From: a virus
Lineage: Duplodnaviria > Caudoviricetes
IMG/VR virus record: IMGVR_UViG_3300030372_005089
Location: 1 to 44,995 of that record
Length of the DNA stretch: 44,995 bases
Reading direction: 5' to 3' (one strand)
Position numbers and translations under genes: made by a program
In this document: positions 17,673 through 26,279 of the stretch, piece by piece
Layout: every line of letters begins with the position of its first letter
Position numbering within the stretch: the first letter of the stretch is position 1
Notes under the pieces: model-generated
What the model saw: the letters and a program-made list of their open reading frames with translations, nothing else
Told to the model about the DNA's origin: nothing
The model's database searches: none

Positions 17673-17716
17673 AGCCGGTGGGTGGGCCTTCGGGTCCACC
17701 TGCCGGTTTATTCTTT
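17673..17716 (+). terminator. Rho-independent terminator with C(UUCG)G loop at the convergence of head and tail operons
   Basis: Long stem AGCCGGTGGGTGGGCC-TTCG-GGTCCACCTGCCGGTT followed by TATTCTTT. Confidence 0.85.
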
Positions 17717-18133
17717 GGAGTGCCAGTAAACGCACTCTCTGCGCAAACGGGGAAGTTCGTCTTGCATTTTCTTGGCTTGAACACGCAACACCATGTCCTT
17801 AAAAGGCTCTTGGTCGTTGGGCAAAAAATGGCCCTTATCTCGGTACGTCTGTTCTGCATTAGAGTCTTGCGAACCCTCGGCTTCTTTCCACCTTCGTGCT
17901 CCAGCGTGCAAAGAACTCCTTGCCGCGCCTAGCAGGTTTGCTAAATCATTAAGGCCCATGCAGTGATTGCTATTAAGTTTAAATCCCCACTTGTCTTGAG
18001 CAATCATGGCAATTGCACGCCTTGCAGAAGAAACACGGGATCCTCTTCGGCCACAACCGCACAGCTCGTTAATGGTAATGCCTCTTTTTATAGCCACATC
18101 TTTAATCAAGTTTATTGCGTCTTGCTTGTTCAT
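17708..18133 (-). CDS. DnaA C-terminal-like (TrpR-type HTH) protein
   Basis: ELCG..R...VSSARRAIAMIA...LNDLANLLG..RSSL resembles the DnaA domain IV pattern. Confidence 0.55.
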   Translation of the reverse strand: MNKQDAINLIKDVAIKRGITINELCGCGRRGSRVSSARRAIAMIAQDKWGFKLNSNHCMGLNDLANLLGAARSSLHAGARRWKEAEGSQDSNAEQTYRDKGHFLPNDQEPFKDMVLRVQAKKMQDELPRLRRECVYWHSKE

Positions 18134-21100
18134 GGTTCTCCTTGCATGTCCTTAACCCGTGTTGGCAGTGTTTGTTCTCGACGTTCCCTGAGTTCTATTG
18201 TTTGGGCATCCTTTACCCTTTCCACCATGTCACGAAGATCGCTCATGTAGATAGGAAGCAAGGTTCCGTATAGAGCATTCCACTCAATCATCATATCATT
18301 TGCTGTGTCTGGGTTTTGCGTGTACATGGTGGCAATTTTTTTCCTTGCCTTGTTGTATCTTTCGCCAAGATCTCGCATCCGTGCGTGCTCCATGAAAGCA
18401 AGCGTGCCACCCTTGGACCGGAAGCCAAGCGTTCTTGCCACTTGGTCCCACAGGGATTTGTATGCAATAATTTGACCGGTCCCTGCCTGTCTTGCTTGTG
18501 GGCCAAAAATGCCCACAACGGTATCCATGTATTCCTGCGACTTTTTCTCTTTGTCGAACTGGCCCATAAACATTAAAAGTTCAAGAGCGCCCTTCACGGA
18601 TCTTGTGGCAGCACCGCTTTCAATCCCTACTTCCGCGTATCGGGTGAAATCTGGTCTTGCCAAGAAGTCTTCTCTGTTGCGTACGTCATACAGGTCTTTA
18701 AACATACCAAACGTTGGACCAAAGAAGTAGCCAAGAAGGCCATCGCCGCCGATGTTTGTCAGGCTGAAGTTGCCAGAAGTATCAAGCCCGAAAAGGCTGC
18801 CGAAACCAAACATGGTTGCTTCGGCAACGTTGGTGCCCATTTTAGTAGAAAGCCATTTCATCGCGTGTTCTTGCGAACTAAACCCACTGCCCATGCCATG
18901 CACGTTTTCTGGGTCCACTGCATCCTTCAAAGCACTGAACGCGCCGCCAGCCGTTGCTGCAACGAGGAAGTAGGAGGCACCAAGCAGGCTGCCCCTTGCG
19001 CCGCCTAGCAAGGTATTAAGAATCATAAATCGAGTAAACGCACCGCTAGGCAGACCCTCAATAACGTTTCCGCCACGGCTGTTTGTCAACAAACTGCTAG
19101 CCATGCCAAGAGTTTGAATCTGGAAACGCTTGAACTGCATGAGCGTTTTCATTGCTGATCCACGCAAAATTGCGGCTTCGTTGGCTTTTTGGAATCTGTA
19201 CTGGGTGAAGTGTTGACCCCAAATTAGGCCGTATTCTGCTGCTGCTTGCGGCTCAAGGCCAAGCCTGTCACGAGCATGCTTAGCCAAAGCAAAGAAGGCA
19301 AAGTTCTGGTTTCTTGCTTCAGAGTTTGCATTCCAAACCTTGCCAGACACCTTGTTCAAGGCGCTGTGGATTTTTTCTTGGACGATTAGCCCGCGATTGC
19401 CCAGAGAATCGCCAAACTTGCCCTTGTCGTACCGCCCATTTAGTTCAAACGACCCCCAATCTTTGAGGAACTGCTTGCCCTTGTCTGAGTTGTATTCCTT
19501 TCGTGCTTCAAGGAATCCCTTGGTGCCAAGTAGTGACCAAATCTGCAATGCCTGCGTGCTGTTAATAATGTGCTGTGCAGGCCGCATCAGTTGGCGATAG
19601 AATTGAAAAGTTCGCAATCCCGAGAAGGCGTTTTCTGCGGCATCTGCAAGCCGCATGCCCATAACTTCTCGGTCGCCAGCAAGTTTGCGAACCATCTCTA
19701 CGGTATGGCCGCGTGTACCGAAAACAGTGTGACGCATCAATTCTCTGGATTGTTTGCCAATCCATTCCGGTGATTTTTTGTCGATCGTCCCCATGAGTTC
19801 GCGGGTTTCCTTTTGCAACTCGCGACTAAGTTTGTTCTTGTAGTGGTTTGCAATTGCAACTTCCATTACACGAGAGACATCCTTCGAGTAGTTTTTGGTG
19901 CCCTCTCGACGAAGCATGGCTTGGTTGAAGCGTGTGCCTACGGGCTGGCTGCTTACTTTGCCTCGCAACGCTTGGTTAATTTCATTGGTATAGGCACCGG
20001 TTTCCTGCTTGATTGCGTTTACGAGCTTTCTTCGCATGTGGGTGGGAAGATATACAGACTCGCTTGGCATCCTGCTACCGGCTTCCTTCATTTTGACTTC
20101 GAAAGAAAGACCAGACTCTTGCCTGCCTTCTGATCGTTCCGCAAGCCTTTGCATTTCAACTTCTTTGTTGATTGCTTCAATGACACCTTCGCGTTCGGCT
20201 GCTGTGTTTTTCTTTTCTCCAGAACCAAACTTTTGTACGCCAACCTTCACGCCGTCCCTATAGGTAATCAATTCGCCTCTGTATGTACCAAAGAACAAGT
20301 GCGGGAAGTAGGAATACTTGTAGCCGTAGGTTTCTGGAACCAAGGTTTCAGACATGAACTTGACAAATCTTTCTTTGTCGTACCGCACCCGCTCCATGCC
20401 GTCTTTGACTTCAATAAATTTGCGGTTAGTACCCTTTTCTCGAATCACTCTGGCTTCGAGTTCCGGCTTTGCCCCGTTTGCCATTTCGGCAACTTTGTTC
20501 ATGTTAGGCTGATGCCTATACCCCATCTCTATAAGTTCGCGGTAGGTTACAATGTGATACTGTCTCTGCTCTTCAAAGATTCGCTTGACCTCAGCGACGT
20601 ACTCCATTTCTTTTTCAGACAAATTCTTGGTTAAATCGTGGCGTCGCATTGCTTCCTTTGTAGGAGCAATCTTTGCTTCCATAATTGTTACGAAGTTTTC
20701 GCCCTTCAAAAGCTTCGAACTCTTGTCCTTCTCAATTTCACGCAAAATGCGACGAACCTTGTCCAAGGTTTCATTGCGTTCGTTTTCAATGCGTGCTTCA
20801 GTAGAAATTACTTTTTCAACCAGTTTCTGGAAAGGCTTGTCGCCGGACAGAATAGAAAGGTTGAGCGGGTCCATTACAAACTGCAAGGTTTGGGCAAGCA
20901 TTCCCTTTTTAGATGTTTGCGTTTCGGGCTTTCCTTCTTCGGCTGTCAATCTGACTTCGCCGGGCGGTGGCGGTTCTTTTTCGCCAGCGGCTTGTTCTGG
21001 AGCCTTGGGCGGTTCGGGCGGCTGGTTTTCCGCCTTTTCTTCTTTAGCCAAGTCACGCTCAACCTCACGCAAAGGAACACCAGCACGCTCTTCGCCGCGA

Positions 21101-24100
21101 ACCACTACTTCCTTGATTGAGTCGGAGGTTGTTCTTTGCTCCGGGGTCATTGTTGCTTCCCGAGCAACACCACCCGGAGTTTCGAATTCCTTGTCGCGGA
21201 TTGTTACACGCCTTGGAACCGTTTTGCCATTCGCCGTGCGTGGCTCGATTACAAAAATTTTGCCCATGTGCTCAAAAGCAACAGGCTCGTATTTGAATCC
21301 AGAACGCTTCAGCCGTGAGGTAGCCAGTTCCCAAAAACCCGGATACCTTTCTTCCAACCGGCGGATGTTTTCAAGAATGGCCTTTTGCTTTTGGTTTTTA
21401 ACAGCACCGCCAAACAATTCTATGCCGGTAACTTCTGCTTGGTGTGCGGCGGCTTGGTCGCCCTTGTTTTCCAGTTTTTGGCTGGTTGCGTTTTCAATTT
21501 TGTCCATAAGGACTTCGCGTTCAGAGGCAAACCTAGACACATGGTCGCGAGCGGTGGCCTGCAGTTCGAACTTGCGTTCTGCGCCTCCTTGAATGGTTGT
21601 AATCAGGCTTGCTCTAACTGTTCCACGGCTCGTGATTGGGCTGACCTTGCCCTCGGCAACTTCCAACACCCTGTCGGTTGGTTTTCTTGTCCCAAGGACG
21701 GTGTGCCTCTTAGTTTTGCCCTTGTGACCAACGGCTTCCAAGCCTTCCTTGGTGTAGGCAAACCAGTTAGCCATTTCCTTCGGTCGCATAGCAATGATTT
21801 GCCGCTGCTGCTCCTTCGGCAAGTAGTTGAAAATTGTTTCGAAGATCGAAGCAGACTCGCCAATCGTCCTGCGGCTCACAGACAGGCTTCCACTGAACGC
21901 TACTGCTTCTGGTTTAACAGCAACATCGCTTCCCGCTTCCAAGTGTGCTTCCCACGCCTTGCGTACTGCAACGCGGTTTTCGGGGGTTTTAATGAGTTGA
22001 TAAAGCCAATTGATTGGGTTTTCGCTCTTGGGCAAGGTGGCTGCCCATTGCAGCGTAGAACCGCGAGTGGCGATTTGTGTCCTGATTTGCGCAATTGGTG
22101 CCGAGGAGTTCACCAAAAGAACGCCTTGGCCCATGTCTACGATTGCAGGCATGCCCTTGTTGCCGCCATGCCCAACCACCATGCTGTATCCAAACGCACG
22201 TCCAAGCGCAAACGTTGATTCTGCATGTGCACTTACAACGTTTTCAGCAAAATCTACCTCCACAGATTTCAAACCGTATTGGTCCCTGCCGTGTCGGACC
22301 ACAGAAGCAACTCGTTTGTTCAACTCGCCTTGATGCACGATGCCGCCTTCTGACTTAATCGGCGGAACCTGTCTAACACCTTGTGTGATTTCGCTGTTTG
22401 ACATCAGTCGAACAAGCGTATCTACAATGGGCTTGGGGTCGCTTGACTTAGCCCTCTGCCTTGCCTCACTTGCAGCGACATCAATTGGCTCAAGAAGGCT
22501 TTTTGCACCCGCCTGTTCTGCTTCCTTTTGCTTGTTCGCAATGTCAACCGCGTCAATCTTAATTGGCTCAGCAAAGGAGCGCTTAATTTGTGCGGTGCTG
22601 CTAGCCTGCTCAAGAGGCAAGGTTGTTCGCTCTGGCTTCCTCGCCATAACCTCGCTTCTTGCGGGGCGAAGGTTCACCTCTTGCAACTTTTCGTTCGATT
22701 GTGCTTCGATCAACTTGGCAAGCCGATATCGGTTTGCCTTGGTGTTCATGCTAGGGGTAATTTTTCCGTTGCTAAGCCTTTGCATTTGCGCTCGGCTAAT
22801 TGCTGGCTGTTGTGGGGTGTTTTTGCCCAACACAACGGCCCTAGCAACGTGCCTAACCAGCGGCTTGTTGCTAGTAACAATTCGATCAATCATGCTGCGG
22901 CCCGGACTTGTTGACGTAGCCGCAGGCTTGATGCCAATGTGCTTGTGGGTTCGAAGGGCCGCAGAAATGTACGGAGCAAGACCTGCATCTGCCAGTTTTT
23001 TAAAATTAGGCTGGCCTGCAAGTTTTTTGGCTTGGTTCAGACGCTTCACCCGATTGCCAGAAACATCTCGTTTGGCGTCTGCCAACGCAGAATTAATTGC
23101 TGTGTTTACAACCCTGCGGGCTTCATTGGTGTTTAGCCCATTGAATACTTCTCTGTTTGTTCGTGCGTTTTGGTCGCCAAGGGCAAAACGCAAAGCCTTG
23201 ACGAAGCCTTGGACTGGCGTGACTTGTGCAGGCTTCGGTGACGGCGGAACCTGTGTAATTTGCCTTTGCAATTCATTTGCCGACTGTTGCCTTCTTGCCT
23301 TGTATTCGGCTCTAGTCAAAAACAGGCTGTTGATTTTCTGGCCTTCAAACATTGCGAGCGGACCGGTTACGCCACGCTTTTGCAATTCTGCCATTGCCAT
23401 GTTGCGCGTAACTTCGACTTGGCCGCTTTCGTTTACCAGTTCCCTTGAAAGACGACCCTTGACCCTTTCACCGGAAACTTCGAGCCTAGCCCGCACTTCG
23501 CCGCCAAGATGTTGCGTCGTTGACAATTCGACATCTGCAACTTGCCGATCACCGAACCAAAGAATCTCCATCAGTGTTTCAGTTTTGAAGTCCTTCATTA
23601 ACTCGGGGTTTTCAGCAACAAAAGCCTTTTCTTGTTGCATACGGCGTGCGGCACCTTGAACTTGTGCATCTGTGAGCGTGTCAAGGATTTCCTGCCGCTT
23701 TTCGCTGGTCAACGACCGCAGGTACTTGTATGCCGCATACCCCTCTTTAAATTCTGAAAATCTTTGAATCTCGTTTCTTGCGCCACCTACACCGCGACCG
23801 ATGCCAAGCGGCATGCCAAGCAAAAACTGGCCAAACAAGTGCTTTACTTGGTCACTTGTATTGTCGATGTACCGCATCAAAACGTTGGCTCGGTCTTCCG
23901 AATCCGACGCTAGCATGTACGCGTCAGTCAAAAGGTTGAACGCAGCAAAATCTGCACCGCTGCGTGCTGTGCCCAAGAAAAACCTTGCGCCTGCTCTAGA
24001 CTTAGCAGCGGCAAGTGTTTCGGGTGCAAATCCACGACTGCCAAGAATGCTGTACAGCCCATTCGAACCTTTGCCTTGAGTTGGAATTTTTGCGCCTGTT

Positions 24101-26265
24101 CGCCCAAACTTGGGGATGTTTTTTCCGATTAGATACGCAATTCCGGTTGATGCTACGCCATCTTGCAATGCGTAGTAAAAATCCAACTCATTAGGTTCTC
24201 TGCCATCGGCCTTTGCTCGCTCAACCTGTCTCGCCCAACTGTTTCCGTAAGATTCGCCGTACACGCGGGCCAGAAACGTGTTTGGGCCATGCGTAATTTC
24301 TTTACCTGCAATCTTGCCCATAAACCCAGCAACGGATTTTGCGGGCTGGACAATTGGCTCTGCGCCCCTAGCAATGATTGCTGCGGCCTCTCTAGCAGCC
24401 GTAGTATCTACAAGCGGCGCAGCAACACGCCCAGCAGCCGCTTGTGCCGTAGTTCCGCGTGGTCCAACCGCTGCTCGGGCACCCCTAGCCGTAGCCGACA
24501 CGGCTGCTTTTACATCAGACAAATCTACGAGTGTGTCTGTAATTCCATTACCAGCAGAACTGACACGGGATTGCTTGGCCGACGCTGCAAGTTTTTTAAC
24601 AATGTCGAAACTAGGCTTCTGGGCTTGCCTTACGGCCACTTGTCCCACGGCTGCCTTCGGTACAGCCTTGAGCATTGCAGTTGTCAGGCCGGGCACCTTG
24701 CCGGTAAACAACGAAGTGCCTATATCAAAAGCCAACATCCCGGTCAGAGTGCCAGCCTCTTGCCGCAATTTAGCATTGAAAAAAGGGTTTTCTTTTAAGT
24801 AATTTGGATTTTCCGCAAGGTACGCTTGGATTTCTTTGTCGTTTACATATTGGTGTGCTGCGTGCAGTGTTGCGTGGTATTGGGCGGTTGTTTCAACATA
24901 ATCATCTATAGTCGACATGTATTCCGACATGCCAACTCCACCTGCAAAACTTAAGGGGATGCCCGCTGCTTCAGAAATTTTGCCGCTCAACTTGTAAATA
25001 GATGCGCCAAACTGTGCAAGTGCGCCCGGAGTGGATTTCGCTATGAGTGAAAAGCCGCCCATTGTGCTGGAAAAAAAGTTTCCGGTGGCTCTTTCGTGCA
25101 AATCGTACTTGTCTGGGTTCTCTTGCATGTCTTTTTCAAGACCTGCAAAAGATGCTTTTTCGCCCCTTTTCAAAAACCTAGTTGGGTCGTAGTAGTATTG
25201 ACGTGCGCTGAGTTCGTTAGCCAACAAGATGTCTGCGTGCGTGCGACTATTGGCCATGCCAGCCAATGTTTCCCCCGACAACAAACCTTGGGTTGGTATT
25301 TTCTCAATTAGGCTGTCCGGCATTTCTTCGCCGTATGCGTCGTAATAGGCTTTTCTGAAACTGCCTATCTGCAACTCGCGCACATATTTATCGAGGTTTT
25401 CATCTGGCCCGAGGTTGCTCGCAAGGTACTGTTTGATATCTTCTTCGCTGTTGTCGTAAACGCCCATGCCGAAGGCTGCATAAATGTTGCGTGCCTCTCT
25501 TGCCTGTTCGTTTCGATACTCCTCCGCCCTTCTCTTTCGTTCCGGGTCAGCGGCCACACCTGTGTACAAATCCCGCGTTTCTTCTGGCAGTGCATAACCT
25601 TGGCGTGTGTACCACCGCCTTCGGTGCTCGTCGAGTTGTTCGTCTGTCCAGCCCGCCCGCTCCAATACAGCACCGGGGCTTACTTCTGCAATTTTGCGGT
25701 CTTCGTTTGCAAACAACTCTGGGTTGTTGCCGAATGCGCCGTTCGCAAACATTCCAAGGTTTTTATTGTATGCGCGTTCAAGTTCAGCGGCCTCCCCTTT
25801 TTCGGCAATGCTCAGCCCGTCTTTGGTTTTCGGTGCTTCTACGCCAGTGCCGTCTTTTTTAGTGCCTTCTTGGCTAGTTTCAACAAGCGGCGTTGGGTTC
25901 TTTTCCTGTCGCAACTGTTCGCGAATTCGGTGCAAACGGTCGCCACGGCTGTAGGCTTTTTGATACCTGTCGTGGAGTTTTGGGTCTTCTTCAAGTTTGT
26001 CGCTCAGTTCGCCACGCTTCAACGCTTCTTGATATGTGATCCCCGGCATGTAATTGGATTCGCCGGGAACAATGCCACGACGCCAATCCAGTCCGCTAGG
26101 CTCTTCTGTTTTCCACTCGTTTGGCAGTTCCTGCGGCGCAGGTGCAGTTTGATCAGGTGCAGCCGTTTCGGCTGGTTGTTCTGTAGCCATGTTTTCTGCT
26201 GGTGCAGGCTCGGTTGGCTGGAATTCGTTTTCGGGGATGTCGTTGTTGTTTTGGATTTGCGTCAT
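18130..26265 (-). CDS. Giant (2711 aa) putative internal virion/DNA-ejection protein
   Basis: Size, position at the end of the tail module, helical Ala-rich composition, TQY...LMQFKRF segment typical of such proteins. Confidence 0.65.
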   Translation of the reverse strand: MTQIQNNNDIPENEFQPTEPAPAENMATEQPAETAAPDQTAPAPQELPNEWKTEEPSGLDWRRGIVPGESNYMPGITYQEALKRGELSDKLEEDPKLHDRYQKAYSRGDRLHRIREQLRQEKNPTPLVETSQEGTKKDGTGVEAPKTKDGLSIAEKGEAAELERAYNKNLGMFANGAFGNNPELFANEDRKIAEVSPGAVLERAGWTDEQLDEHRRRWYTRQGYALPEETRDLYTGVAADPERKRRAEEYRNEQAREARNIYAAFGMGVYDNSEEDIKQYLASNLGPDENLDKYVRELQIGSFRKAYYDAYGEEMPDSLIEKIPTQGLLSGETLAGMANSRTHADILLANELSARQYYYDPTRFLKRGEKASFAGLEKDMQENPDKYDLHERATGNFFSSTMGGFSLIAKSTPGALAQFGASIYKLSGKISEAAGIPLSFAGGVGMSEYMSTIDDYVETTAQYHATLHAAHQYVNDKEIQAYLAENPNYLKENPFFNAKLRQEAGTLTGMLAFDIGTSLFTGKVPGLTTAMLKAVPKAAVGQVAVRQAQKPSFDIVKKLAASAKQSRVSSAGNGITDTLVDLSDVKAAVSATARGARAAVGPRGTTAQAAAGRVAAPLVDTTAAREAAAIIARGAEPIVQPAKSVAGFMGKIAGKEITHGPNTFLARVYGESYGNSWARQVERAKADGREPNELDFYYALQDGVASTGIAYLIGKNIPKFGRTGAKIPTQGKGSNGLYSILGSRGFAPETLAAAKSRAGARFFLGTARSGADFAAFNLLTDAYMLASDSEDRANVLMRYIDNTSDQVKHLFGQFLLGMPLGIGRGVGGARNEIQRFSEFKEGYAAYKYLRSLTSEKRQEILDTLTDAQVQGAARRMQQEKAFVAENPELMKDFKTETLMEILWFGDRQVADVELSTTQHLGGEVRARLEVSGERVKGRLSRELVNESGQVEVTRNMAMAELQKRGVTGPLAMFEGQKINSLFLTRAEYKARRQQSANELQRQITQVPPSPKPAQVTPVQGFVKALRFALGDQNARTNREVFNGLNTNEARRVVNTAINSALADAKRDVSGNRVKRLNQAKKLAGQPNFKKLADAGLAPYISAALRTHKHIGIKPAATSTSPGRSMIDRIVTSNKPLVRHVARAVVLGKNTPQQPAISRAQMQRLSNGKITPSMNTKANRYRLAKLIEAQSNEKLQEVNLRPARSEVMARKPERTTLPLEQASSTAQIKRSFAEPIKIDAVDIANKQKEAEQAGAKSLLEPIDVAASEARQRAKSSDPKPIVDTLVRLMSNSEITQGVRQVPPIKSEGGIVHQGELNKRVASVVRHGRDQYGLKSVEVDFAENVVSAHAESTFALGRAFGYSMVVGHGGNKGMPAIVDMGQGVLLVNSSAPIAQIRTQIATRGSTLQWAATLPKSENPINWLYQLIKTPENRVAVRKAWEAHLEAGSDVAVKPEAVAFSGSLSVSRRTIGESASIFETIFNYLPKEQQRQIIAMRPKEMANWFAYTKEGLEAVGHKGKTKRHTVLGTRKPTDRVLEVAEGKVSPITSRGTVRASLITTIQGGAERKFELQATARDHVSRFASEREVLMDKIENATSQKLENKGDQAAAHQAEVTGIELFGGAVKNQKQKAILENIRRLEERYPGFWELATSRLKRSGFKYEPVAFEHMGKIFVIEPRTANGKTVPRRVTIRDKEFETPGGVAREATMTPEQRTTSDSIKEVVVRGEERAGVPLREVERDLAKEEKAENQPPEPPKAPEQAAGEKEPPPPGEVRLTAEEGKPETQTSKKGMLAQTLQFVMDPLNLSILSGDKPFQKLVEKVISTEARIENERNETLDKVRRILREIEKDKSSKLLKGENFVTIMEAKIAPTKEAMRRHDLTKNLSEKEMEYVAEVKRIFEEQRQYHIVTYRELIEMGYRHQPNMNKVAEMANGAKPELEARVIREKGTNRKFIEVKDGMERVRYDKERFVKFMSETLVPETYGYKYSYFPHLFFGTYRGELITYRDGVKVGVQKFGSGEKKNTAAEREGVIEAINKEVEMQRLAERSEGRQESGLSFEVKMKEAGSRMPSESVYLPTHMRRKLVNAIKQETGAYTNEINQALRGKVSSQPVGTRFNQAMLRREGTKNYSKDVSRVMEVAIANHYKNKLSRELQKETRELMGTIDKKSPEWIGKQSRELMRHTVFGTRGHTVEMVRKLAGDREVMGMRLADAAENAFSGLRTFQFYRQLMRPAQHIINSTQALQIWSLLGTKGFLEARKEYNSDKGKQFLKDWGSFELNGRYDKGKFGDSLGNRGLIVQEKIHSALNKVSGKVWNANSEARNQNFAFFALAKHARDRLGLEPQAAAEYGLIWGQHFTQYRFQKANEAAILRGSAMKTLMQFKRFQIQTLGMASSLLTNSRGGNVIEGLPSGAFTRFMILNTLLGGARGSLLGASYFLVAATAGGAFSALKDAVDPENVHGMGSGFSSQEHAMKWLSTKMGTNVAEATMFGFGSLFGLDTSGNFSLTNIGGDGLLGYFFGPTFGMFKDLYDVRNREDFLARPDFTRYAEVGIESGAATRSVKGALELLMFMGQFDKEKKSQEYMDTVVGIFGPQARQAGTGQIIAYKSLWDQVARTLGFRSKGGTLAFMEHARMRDLGERYNKARKKIATMYTQNPDTANDMMIEWNALYGTLLPIYMSDLRDMVERVKDAQTIELRERREQTLPTRVKDMQGEP

Positions 26266-26279
26266 CGGTTTAACCGGGA

